From assembly GCF_000281045.1 (NCBI RefSeq), contig NW_008246111.1, positions 482,690 to 502,689 of the forward strand: a stretch of 20,000 nucleotides of DNA, written 5' to 3'. A model generated the notes under the pieces. The model did not search any database, was not told the origin of the DNA, and was given only the letters and a program-made list of their open reading frames with translations. The stretch is from Saprolegnia diclina VS20 (lineage: Eukaryota). Positions 11,901-20,000 of this stretch are shown here, piece by piece. Numbering within the stretch: position 1 is the stretch's first letter; each line of letters opens with the position of its first letter. The position numbers were made by a program, and so were the translations under genes.

Positions 11901-13958
11901 GCCCCGCTCCCCGCCGAGCTCCACGCAGAAGAAAACGAGGACGGCGTTGAGGAGGTTGTGATGCCGAGTCACGGCGACGTGCCAGAGCTTCCGAGCGCGA
12001 CGGCGGTGGAAGGCGTCTTGCCGCAGGTCATCAAGCGGCTCCTAGAGTCGCGCAAGCAGGTCAAGAACCAACTCAAGGCCGAGGAAGCCGCGGGGCAGGT
12101 CGAGAAGGCCAAGCGCCTCGACATCCGCCAGCGCGCCATCAAGCTGACTGCCAACTCGATGTATGGTTGTCTCGGCTTTCGCTACTCGCGCTTCTACGCC
12201 AAACCGATTGCAGCGCTCATCACATCGACCGGTCGGCAGACACTTTTACGCGCGCAAGAGGTCGCGGAGCAAGAGTGCGGCTACGACGTCATTTATGGCG
12301 ACACGGACTCGATCATGGTCGACTCCCGCAGTGACAAGCTCGAAGACGCCAAGCGTATTGGTCGCGAGATCCAGGTTCAGTGCAACAAGCACTTCAAGCT
12401 GCTCGAGCTCGAAGTCGACTACATCTTCAAGACGATCCTGCTTCTCAACAAGAAAAAGTATGCTTCGCTCGTCGTGAAGGAGCGCAACGGGCTCGTCGTA
12501 CGAAAAACCTCTTGTGACACTATACGCTCATGTGCGCATACGTAGACGTTTGAGAAGGAGGTCAAGGGCCTTGACCTGGTGCGCCGAGACTGGTGCGTGC
12601 TCTCCAAGGGCGTCGGTAACGACATCCTCGACGTCATTCTCTCGGGACTCGCGCGCGATGAGACTGTCGAAAAGATCCACGACTATCTCCGCGATCTCGC
12701 CGAGAGAATGCGTGCAGGCAATGAGCCGCTTGAGCAGTATGTCATCACCAAAAGTCTCAACAAGCCGCCAGAGCAGTACCCAGACAAGGCCAAGCAGGTG
12801 CGTAGAACGAGGTTGATTGGTTTCTTACGTCCATCCAGTATCATGTGCAAGTGGCATTGGCGCTGCGCAGTCAAGGCAAGGCCATCGGTGTCGGGACGCA
12901 CATCCCGTATGTGCTCTGCAAGGAAGAAGAGTCGGGAAGCCAGCGCCGCGCATACCATCCAGATGAGATCAAGCGCTCGCAGGGCAAACTCAATGTCGAC
13001 ATTGAGTGGTACCTCGAAGCCCAGGTATTTTCAAGCCCATGGCGTCGGTTTATTTATGGATGGTGTAGATCCACCCGCCCGTGAACCGTCTCTGCGCACA
13101 CATTGACGGCACCTCGAGTCCGCAGCTGGCCCACTGCCTCGGCTTGGACACGAGCAAGTTCTCGCATGCCGCGCGCAACGTCGGCGATGATGAGGTCGAC
13201 GAGATTCCAAGCGTCCTCCAGCACGACTCTGATCGCTTCAAGGCCTGCGCACCGCGTTCGTTTTCGTCCACTTGAATTGTCTTGGCTGACGTTTTTCTAG
13301 TCCGCCTGACGTGTGCGAAATGCAAGGAAGCTTGTGCATTTCCAGGCATCTTGGTCGCGCGCGCCGATGGTGGCACAGTGACGGGGCTGCAATGTCCGAG
13401 TTGCAGCGCCGCTTTCTGGGGCTACGAAGGCAACGATGGCGAAGACCTTTTTGTGCTGCTGTCCAACCGCATGCACCTGGCGATCCGCGAGTGCTCAAAA
13501 CGCTACTACCAGGGTTGGGCCGTTTGCACCGACGGCTCATGTGGGGCACGGACGCAGAAGCAGTCGCTGCGTGGACGCAAGGGTGATGCCTGCGCGATGC
13601 CTGGATGCCGCGGCGCCGTCGTCATGGAGTACACGGACCAAGCGCTTTACACACAGCTCAAGTACTTTGAGTCGCTCGTGAACGCAGACCGCGCCCTGGG
13701 TCAGCTCGAGCCGTCGCGCCAGGTAGACGCATTAATGTCTCTATGAGCGTTGGAGCCAACAGGTTACTATTATATAGGATGCCAAGTTTCTCATTCAGGA
13801 CCAGGAAAAAGCCATTTTCGACAAGCTACGCACACAGATTCAAGATGTTGATGAGAGCGTATGCGTGGGCTCATCATTGATGACGTCTTTGTTAGGTTAT
13901 CGAGCACAACGACTACAACTGGGTGCAGCCGACGATGTGGACGAGCCTCTTTTCGTGA
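8916..13958 (+). CDS. POLA1: DNA polymerase alpha catalytic subunit (family B), 11 exons: 8916-9420, 9471-9862, 9905-10198, 10251-10498, 10541-12497, 12546-12797, 12839-13024, 13069-13255, 13301-13722, 13778-13846/13858, 13896-13958
   Basis: Pol alpha N-terminal motif IYQEVTEEEY...FVEDDEGGMGYYDDGEE. Further motifs EDPDLIVGHN, YAGGMVFAPKKGLYD, LLDFNSLYPSIIREYNICFTT, KLTANSMYGCLGF, YGDTDS and KGLDLVRRDW. C-terminal Cys motifs CAKC..CPSC and CTDGSC..CAMPGC, plus LYTQLKYF. Ten GT-AG introns keep the frame. The donor of the last intron is ambiguous. Confidence 0.97.
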
Positions 13959-14194
13959 GCTTCGAACAAATGATTCATTTTCTTCGCCAACATAATACAT
14001 ACACTTTCTGTGGGTTTCAAGTTGGGTACTGTGCAACGGTGTGGAGTCTTGAATGCTATCGTGTTGGACCCAACGCTCAAGTGCTTACTCGAGAACGAAA
14101 AGTCGGACGGTGTTAAGGGGCTTCTGACTACGTTGAAGGCTTTCCCAAGGCACCATAAATTCAATCGATGTGGCCTATATTGAATTTATGTTGC

Positions 14195-14237
14195 CTACCA
14201 CCATGGGTCAATAATAAAGATTGACCCATGCTACCAC
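14195..14237. repeat. 11-bp perfect inverted repeat with 7-nt spacer, flanked by 7-bp direct repeats
   Basis: ctaccac (14195-14201) + catgggtcaat (14202-14212) + aataaag + attgacccatg (14220-14230) + ctaccac (14231-14237). Confidence 0.8.
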
Positions 14238-15300
14238 CCATAGCAGCGCGTTGTCTGGGAGAGCGTGTTTGGAGAGCTCCAGCGGGCTCAAATCCAGCGA
14301 AGACAAATATTTCTGTGTGCAACTTTGGAAAGTGCTATATGATATAAAACTCTCAGGAGGTTAAACATTGTCTAACTTCCTGCTTGCGTGTTGTCGGCCA
14401 ACGACCACGTCGCTTGTGCATCAACGAACTTTGCAATGCTCTTCCTTCGTGGCGGTAGCAATGTTCACTCGCTGACCAAAATGCTATTGGCCGTCAATCC
14501 CACATTTATACTCTGCATAAAAGAGCCGCATCACGTCGCTGCGTAGCGTCGCCAGCCAAGTTTTTGTTTGAGGCGATTTCTTGCAAACTTAACCAGTCAT
14601 TCCACGTGGAGAATTTGTCGAAAAATGCTCCGAGTGGATCGATGCTTTTGGTGTCACGTCTACTTTCCACCCCCTATCCACCATAGGCGTCCTGGGCGAC
14701 AACGTTGCTCAACTTGATAAATGCCGTCAGCAAAAGGTCGTGCAGCAGCAACGTGGCCTCACGCCGAGGCTTTGGCAGCAATTTCGGTTGCACCACCACA
14801 ATATGGGTATCGCCAGCGACCCCACGAATGCTCTAACCGCCTACTCGCCGAAATAGTTGGGCGCGGTGTCAGCATTTATAGGATGCAAAGCACATGCAAC
14901 CGCTTTGGTGTGACCGAGAGTCTCTGACCTCCCGCCACTTGGCATAATGTGCACAAGGGTGAGCACCGTACCCGGCCCTGGAATTGATGTAGAGAGGATT
15001 TCGAACATTGAATCGTTTTCACATCACGTGGCACGGCTATATCTACCTTACACTGCTGCGCGTATTCAAAAGCGACTTATTGCGCTTGTAGTAGCCTCTC
15101 CAATGTTCAATTTCATATCTAAGATGGTCACTAGTCGTTGTGCGGCACCTTACCTCAAGAAACCACTAAAAACGCAATCGAACTGCACTGTCACCTTATC
15201 GCTCCGACGCAAACTGCAATTGAGCTTTCATTCCAATATGTCCCTTACCTCGTTAATGCGTACTAGTACTACGGGAAAAACGACTAGAAACTAGAGCTCT

Positions 15301-15338
15301 ACTAGTACGAGCCTATCAACCCTACGGCTATCCCGTAG
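15301..15338 (-). other. Candidate Helitron 3' terminus (hairpin followed by CTAG|T)
   Basis: Minus strand reads ctacgg-gatag-ccgtag (15338-15322), 16 nt, then CTAG-T (15305-15301). It lies downstream of and in the same orientation as the Helitron helicase remnant. Confidence 0.4.
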
Positions 15339-16108
15339 TATTATTTTATGAGAAGTTACAAACAGTTTATGCACTCATAAGTACAGCAGCTCGTAGTCAC
15401 TGCCCTCCAGTTGCAGTTCGATCACCCTCGGAGTATTATTGTCTTGAGGCATGCCTCAACATAATCATAGCGTGCGTGACTTGTGACGAAGGTTAGCTGT
15501 GGCTAGGGTAACAAGGCCTTGCTCAGGGGCGTGAGTCGCTAGGTCCGTCATAACGGAGGCTAGCGATGTCATGCAGCATGCTGCCTTTCCGGTGGCACGA
15601 TTAACCGAGAGGCGTGAATGCAACTTTGCCTCGCGAGCGATGTGAGAGGCCTATGACGGTAGCGTACCATACTGTGGGGTTTTCACAAGAATATTTTTGG
15701 TTCTCATCACTGGGCTCGGGGCAAGGCGTTGTGATTCATCGTTGTAGATCGTTCTACGGGAAGACCGTTGGGATGGGGCTGGACAGGAACCCGTGCCCAG
15801 GGCCCTAACAGTCAGTAGTTCTAGTTCACTTTCCTATTTGCATTCTAGTACGCATGCCGATGTTCAGGGAATACGCCCCCCTTCGTATGTGTTTGTGTTG
15901 ATGGGCCGGTCACGGTCACAAAGCCGCAAGACCTGCGGTACTTGGCTCTCCCAAGCGTGGCGGCACGTCTGTGTTTGCCAAGATAAGAGCTAGAACGCAG
16001 TTCTCGGCAGAACCAGAAATGATTATTTTTCTCGTGCTTGGCGCTTTTCCTTCTAATGTTCGCTGAGCCTCTTGCGTCCTCGAAGCTCGCTACGTCTCCT
16101 CGGTCAAT

Positions 16109-16714
16109 CTAGAGGCTGTCCTCTGCCGATGACTTCACGCCCGTACCTGGTTGATACGGCATACTCGGGTGTTTCCTTCTCTTGTTCGTGTTCTCATTGT
16201 GGAAAGGGAATGAACTCCCATCCCCTTGGTCCTTGTACTTCCTCTCCGGGCCGCATGCGTCCGTCCCGGCCTCGTACCAGTCGTCGTCGCCGAATGCCGC
16301 ATTCATCCGGAGTTTGGTTCTAGTCACTTGTTGGCCGCTCGAGTGCTGTTGCCCGTCGCCGTGCACTGCGTCGCAGCTCTTGGCCTTCTGTCGTGGGTCT
16401 CGATAGTTGCACTCGTATTCAGAGGGTGCCTGACTAATGGGTGGCTTGTCTACGTCGTCTTGCTCGGTCGTGAGGTCTTCGGCCACCGCGTTTCTAATAT
16501 CATCGTCCGCAAAATTTATGTCGCCGTCATGAGCCATCTGGAAGTAGCATGGTCCGAGGTAGAGCACTACACCGCCCGGTCTGACACCAGTGTTAGTTGA
16601 TGTCCAAGTACTCCACCTCCGTCGTAGTGACTGGCACTTCGACAGCTTAAGCGTCAGCTCCCGCTCGTTGCAGTCGGCGCATGATGGACCATGTGGTTGG
16701 CGAATGGACCACAC
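16109..16714 (-). CDS. Unidentified acidic/hydrophilic ORF (201 codons, first ATG at 16531), possible gene fragment or Helitron cargo
   Basis: Long open frame with coding-like composition (MAHDGDINFADDDIRNAVAEDLTTEQDDVD...). No family motif recognised with confidence. Confidence 0.35.
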   Translation of the reverse strand: MWSIRQPHGPSCADCNERELTLKLSKCQSLRRRWSTWTSTNTGVRPGGVVLYLGPCYFQMAHDGDINFADDDIRNAVAEDLTTEQDDVDKPPISQAPSEYECNYRDPRQKAKSCDAVHGDGQQHSSGQQVTRTKLRMNAAFGDDDWYEAGTDACGPERKYKDQGDGSSFPFHNENTNKRRKHPSMPYQPGTGVKSSAEDSL

Positions 16715-16899
16715 GAGTACACAATGAATGACAAGGGTTAGTCCAGTGGCCCTACGGCCACACTTTGAAGCGGTGATGGAGTCAGTGAAATGAAAAGCGT
16801 GTAATAAGATCGTATTTATAGGAGCGTAGTGTCTGGTAATGGGATAAGTAAAACAACATTAGAAGTAGTGGTACTGCCTGGTCGGTCTTGTCGAAGACC

Positions 16900-18470
16900 T
16901 CTTCGCAGACGATGATACTGGTCCACATCCGACTTCGAGTTGAGAGCCAAACTTTTGATGTTGTCACATGCTTTGACGCTTGACATCGCCACGTAGAGCT
17001 GTATATGTGCAAAAACTGGTTCCGGTAGATTGACGTTAACTCGAGGTACGGTCGGACCCTGCGACTTGTTTATAGTCATCGCAATTGCGAGACAGACTGG
17101 AAACTGTGGACACTTGAGCTGGAACGGCAGCGTGTTGTGCGGACCGTCGTTGATGAGCGGAATGCGAGGTATGAAAACGACCTCGCGCCAGTTGCAGCTG
17201 GTCAAAATCGTACGCAATGTGCGCACCATGAGTCGCGTTCCGTTATATAAACTACTGTTTGCGCTGCAGCATGACAGTGGCGTTGACATTGAGCTCGAGA
17301 CAGTGTGGAGGACGCCAGCGATGTTAACGGAGTTGTGGAACTCAACTGGGTAGTAGATAGCAGTTTCTTGTAGCAGATCATCGTCGTCGTCGTTCGCTGT
17401 AGCAACTTGTACCTCGTCTTCGTGAGCTTCGACACAGTTGGCAGAAGTGTAAACGCGCTGATACCTCAGCTACTGGTACTTGCGCAAGTAGCATGGCTTT
17501 GATCGAAGCGACGACATCGCTTTTGGCGCCAAAATGGCACGGTGAGCAAGGTACGCTGACAGCGCATCTATAGAAATGGACGGAAGCTCAGGGCAAACAA
17601 ATTGACGAAGTTGGTAAGTGCGAGCGTGGTGTGCCACCATTGATGACGATGCCACCAGGAAGTCAGATTTACTCGTCGCCGAAGCCGCCGTAGGCTGCCC
17701 GGTCGCGACCGTATGTACCGTTGCCGACGGATCGTAACAATGTCGAAACAGCGCATCGTATCCAAGTACGCGCATATTGGTGAGGACATGGGGAGTAGAC
17801 ACGACACCCCAAAATCGCTTCGCGTCAACCAAGCTTCGACCAATTCATCGCGTCAACCACGTGGAATGACCAGGGAATTTTGCTTAAAATCACCCTAGAA
17901 AAGGAGCTTGCCGCCAAAAAGTTGATGCGTCTCAGAGCAAGTATATCTGTGCATACGATCGACCGCGTCAATAGCGTCCTAGTGGATCATCGAGCACTCG
18001 GTGCTGCATGTGGCTGTCGATGCAAGGACGACGACGGAAGAATGCTCTTGATGCCAATGGAGCCAAGCGCGAGGTTGTACCGTCCCGCAATCGCGTCGGC
18101 GCAGTTCTGGTTTGTATCTTGACGCAAGTTTGGTTGGTTGGATTCGTGGTACTTAAGCCCGTTGTTCTCGATCTTGGCAAACTAGATCACCACGTAAGCA
18201 TAGATCTGCTTGCCCTTGAAATTGAGCATTGTAATTTTGCGGCCGCCCGTCGTCTGAGCAATGGGTCCATCCAGGCTTTCTTTCCATGGGGAAAATGAAC
18301 GTATAGCGCATCGTAGTGCTTGATAATTTCCTTGATTCACACAACGGCTTGTCGGGGTCGAGCGATCGATCAGCTCCGTGGAAGATGCCATTCCGCCGTG
18401 CTTGCGCGACAGCTGGAGCGGAGGTGGCACCTCTACCGCCTCGTTAAGCGAAGGCGCGTTGCGTGCGGAC
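16900..18470 (-). mobile_element. Degenerate, internally deleted Helitron Rep-Hel remnant
   Basis: Motifs occur in Helitron order across several frames with stops and frameshifts. Rep-side: RNAPSLNEAV (~18440-18465), MRYTFIFP..KPGW (~18270-18310), AYVVI*FAKIENNGLKY..NQPNLRQD (~18115-18200), ILPSS (~18030). Helicase-side: RAILAPK (~17525-17545), YPVEFHNSV (~17325-17352), LYNGTRLMV, VFIPRIPL, LPFQLK..QFPVCLAIAMTINKSQG, VFAHIQLYVAMSSV (~16975-17250). Confidence 0.88.
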
Positions 18471-18920
18471 AAAATTATTGACCATTCTGTGCGATTGGAA
18501 GCTGTTCAGTTCATGAGAATTGCAATCCCGTCAGAGACTGATCTATTTAACGTCGCTCCTGTCTCTCTTCTTCTGGTTTTCGGAATCATATGGTTTTGTT
18601 AAATCCGATTGTTCGACCGGGTGGATAATTGACTGACTGGCTAGGGCGAGTACTCTAACCTTGTAAGGCTTTTGTGACTTACTTTACAAGATGCCGCCAG
18701 TTATGCAGGTGCCGACGTACGCTGTGAACCATGGACCTGAGTGTTCTCTTTACCGTTCATATTTTGATTTGTTGTTTACGTCCTTTATGATGACTGCATT
18801 TGGCTTTGATTTTATGTTTCCAAGTGCATATCTTACTTGCTCATGCCACGTTCCGCTTATGCAAACCATTGTTCTGTTTTCTATACAATAAGTATTTGCC
18901 CCCTGGACCAGCGGCGAAAG

Positions 18921-19030
18921 CATCCAAACTTATAACATCCAAACTTATGATATCCGAACTTATGAAGTCCGAACTTATAACGTCTGAAGTTATGAAGTCC
19001 GAACTTATACCGTCCGATCTTAAAGTGTCT
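18921..19030 (+). repeat. 15-bp minisatellite A (consensus tccgaacttatgaag), about 7 imperfect copies
   Basis: aacttat recurs every 15 nt from 18927 and decays to atcttaa at ~19017. Confidence 0.92.
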
Positions 19031-19069
19031 AGCCGCCCTGCCATACAGCACCCGGGTGTACAGCGCCCT

Positions 19070-19132
19070 ACCTCACAGCGCTTGGACGTAACCACACAGC
19101 GCTTGGACGTAACCTCACAGCGCTTAGACCTA
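19070..19132 (+). repeat. 21-bp tandem repeat (acc[t/a]cacagcgcttggacgta) x3
   Basis: Three consecutive near-identical copies read directly. Confidence 0.92.
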
Positions 19133-19274
19133 TAAGACACGTTTTTATAAGCTGGATCAACAGCACCAGGCCTTCCGGCACCAGGATTCAGAGCGTTCGC
19201 CTCACAGTGCCCGTATTTTAGTTACTAGTACAAGTTCGACGATATATTATAATAAGTCCGGACTCTATAAGTTT

Positions 19275-19445
19275 GGGCGCTTCAAGGCCCGGCGCTTCAA
19301 GGCCCGGCGCTTTAAGGCCCGGCGCTTCAAGGCCCGGCGCTTTAAGGCCCGGCGCTTTAAGGCCCGGCGCTTTAAGGCCCGGCGCTTTATGGTCGGGCGT
19401 TTCAAGGCCCGGCGCTTTAAGGTCGGGCGCCTTTAGGTCAGGCGC
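19275..19445 (+). repeat. 15-bp minisatellite B (ggcgctt[t/c]aaggccc), about 11 copies
   Basis: Near-perfect 15-nt periodicity, with further degenerate copies continuing to ~19790. Confidence 0.96.
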
Positions 19446-19801
19446 CAACTTCCCAACACCCCTTCAAGGCCGGTGCTCTGGAGTCGGGGGGGGCAATGTG
19501 GGGCGAACGCTCTAAAGCTCGGGCGCTGTAAGGTCGGGCGCTTCAAGGCTGAGCCGGGCATCTCAAGGCCAAACTGTATGGGCCATAGCGTCTGCCATAG
19601 CCTATGGCCAAACGCTGATAAGCCCGTCGCTAGTTCGAGCGCTTTAAGGTCGGGCGTTTCAAGGTCGAGCGCTCCAAGGCCGAGCGCCAACTTCCCAACA
19701 CCTCTTCAAGGTCCGGTGCTCGGGCACGCTAAGGCCGAACGCTCTTAAGCCGGACGTCTTAAGGCCAAACGCTATGCCCAAACGCTGATATGCCTGTCGC
19801 T
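19395..19801 (+). repeat. Imperfect higher-order duplication built on the 15-bp unit (offset about 242 bp)
   Basis: gcgccaacttcccaacacc..ttcaagg..cggtgctc occurs at ~19442 and ~19684. gaacgctct occurs at ~19505 and ~19737. ccaaacgctgata.gcc.gtcgct occurs at ~19608 and ~19778. Confidence 0.85.
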
Positions 19802-19930
19802 TTTTTTAAGCAAGTTGGGACACGCCGCCGAAGAAGCAGATGAAACCGGGTTACGGTGCGGGCCTGCCTGCAAAAAAGGACCCGGGTGTACAGCGCCCTA
19901 CCTCACATGTTGCCGGTTCCAGGGGTACAT

Positions 19931-19948
19931 AATAATAATAATAATAAT
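19931..19948 (+). repeat. (AAT)6 microsatellite
   Basis: Read directly. Confidence 0.9.
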
Positions 19949-20000
19949 CTATCATGTACTCTGGAGTTCCACCGGGTAGCGACCGCGAGCAAATGATGGC

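Larger units (their letters stand above)
19050..19907 (+). repeat. 28-bp exact direct repeat acccgggtgtacagcgccctacctcaca at 19050-19077 and 19880-19907
   Basis: Identical sequence at both positions, 830 bp apart. Confidence 0.93.

Noticed and set aside
14370..15250. Short coding-like fragments on the minus strand
   Set aside because: Interrupted by stops and not assignable. Possibly decayed sequence, but unsupported.
15444..15459. 16-bp palindrome ttgaggcatgcctcaa
   Set aside because: No flanking duplication or partner, so plausibly chance.
18921..19445. CRISPR-like array
   Set aside because: Units are contiguous with no unique spacers, the context is eukaryotic, and there are no cas genes.
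18800..19748. Pentapeptide-repeat ORFs (APGLK, PGALR, MKSEL)
   Set aside because: Translation artefacts of 15-bp DNA repeats, open on both strands and lacking convincing starts.
18901..19925. cccctgga (18901-18908) / tccagggg (19918-19925) as terminal inverted repeats of the repeat block
   Set aside because: Only 8 bp match and there is no flanking target-site duplication. Not enough to call element ends.

Overview
Eukaryotic DNA, most likely an oomycete of the Saprolegnia/Achlya type. This is inferred from GC-rich coding sequence, compact gene spacing, many very short GT-AG introns (37-55 nt) and an oomycete-type secreted tyrosinase. Bases 1-14 kb hold four spliced genes whose exon models I reconstructed by hand: a secreted tyrosinase-like protein (minus), mitochondrial malate dehydrogenase, a multi-TM class-3 lipase with an apparent C-terminal DEP domain, and the DNA polymerase alpha catalytic subunit. 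Bases 14-20 kb are accessory and repetitive. They include a decayed Helitron (Rep and PIF1-helicase motifs) with a candidate 3' terminus and a possible captured ORF, a tiny inverted-repeat insertion flanked by direct repeats, and a block of related 15-bp arrays in opposite orientations. I see no clear wholly new multi-gene system. The best leads are the TM-lipase-DEP fusion, the foldback-like repeat block, the Helitron cargo and an E2F-like promoter at pol alpha. No database searches were run, so all family calls rest on motif recognition.
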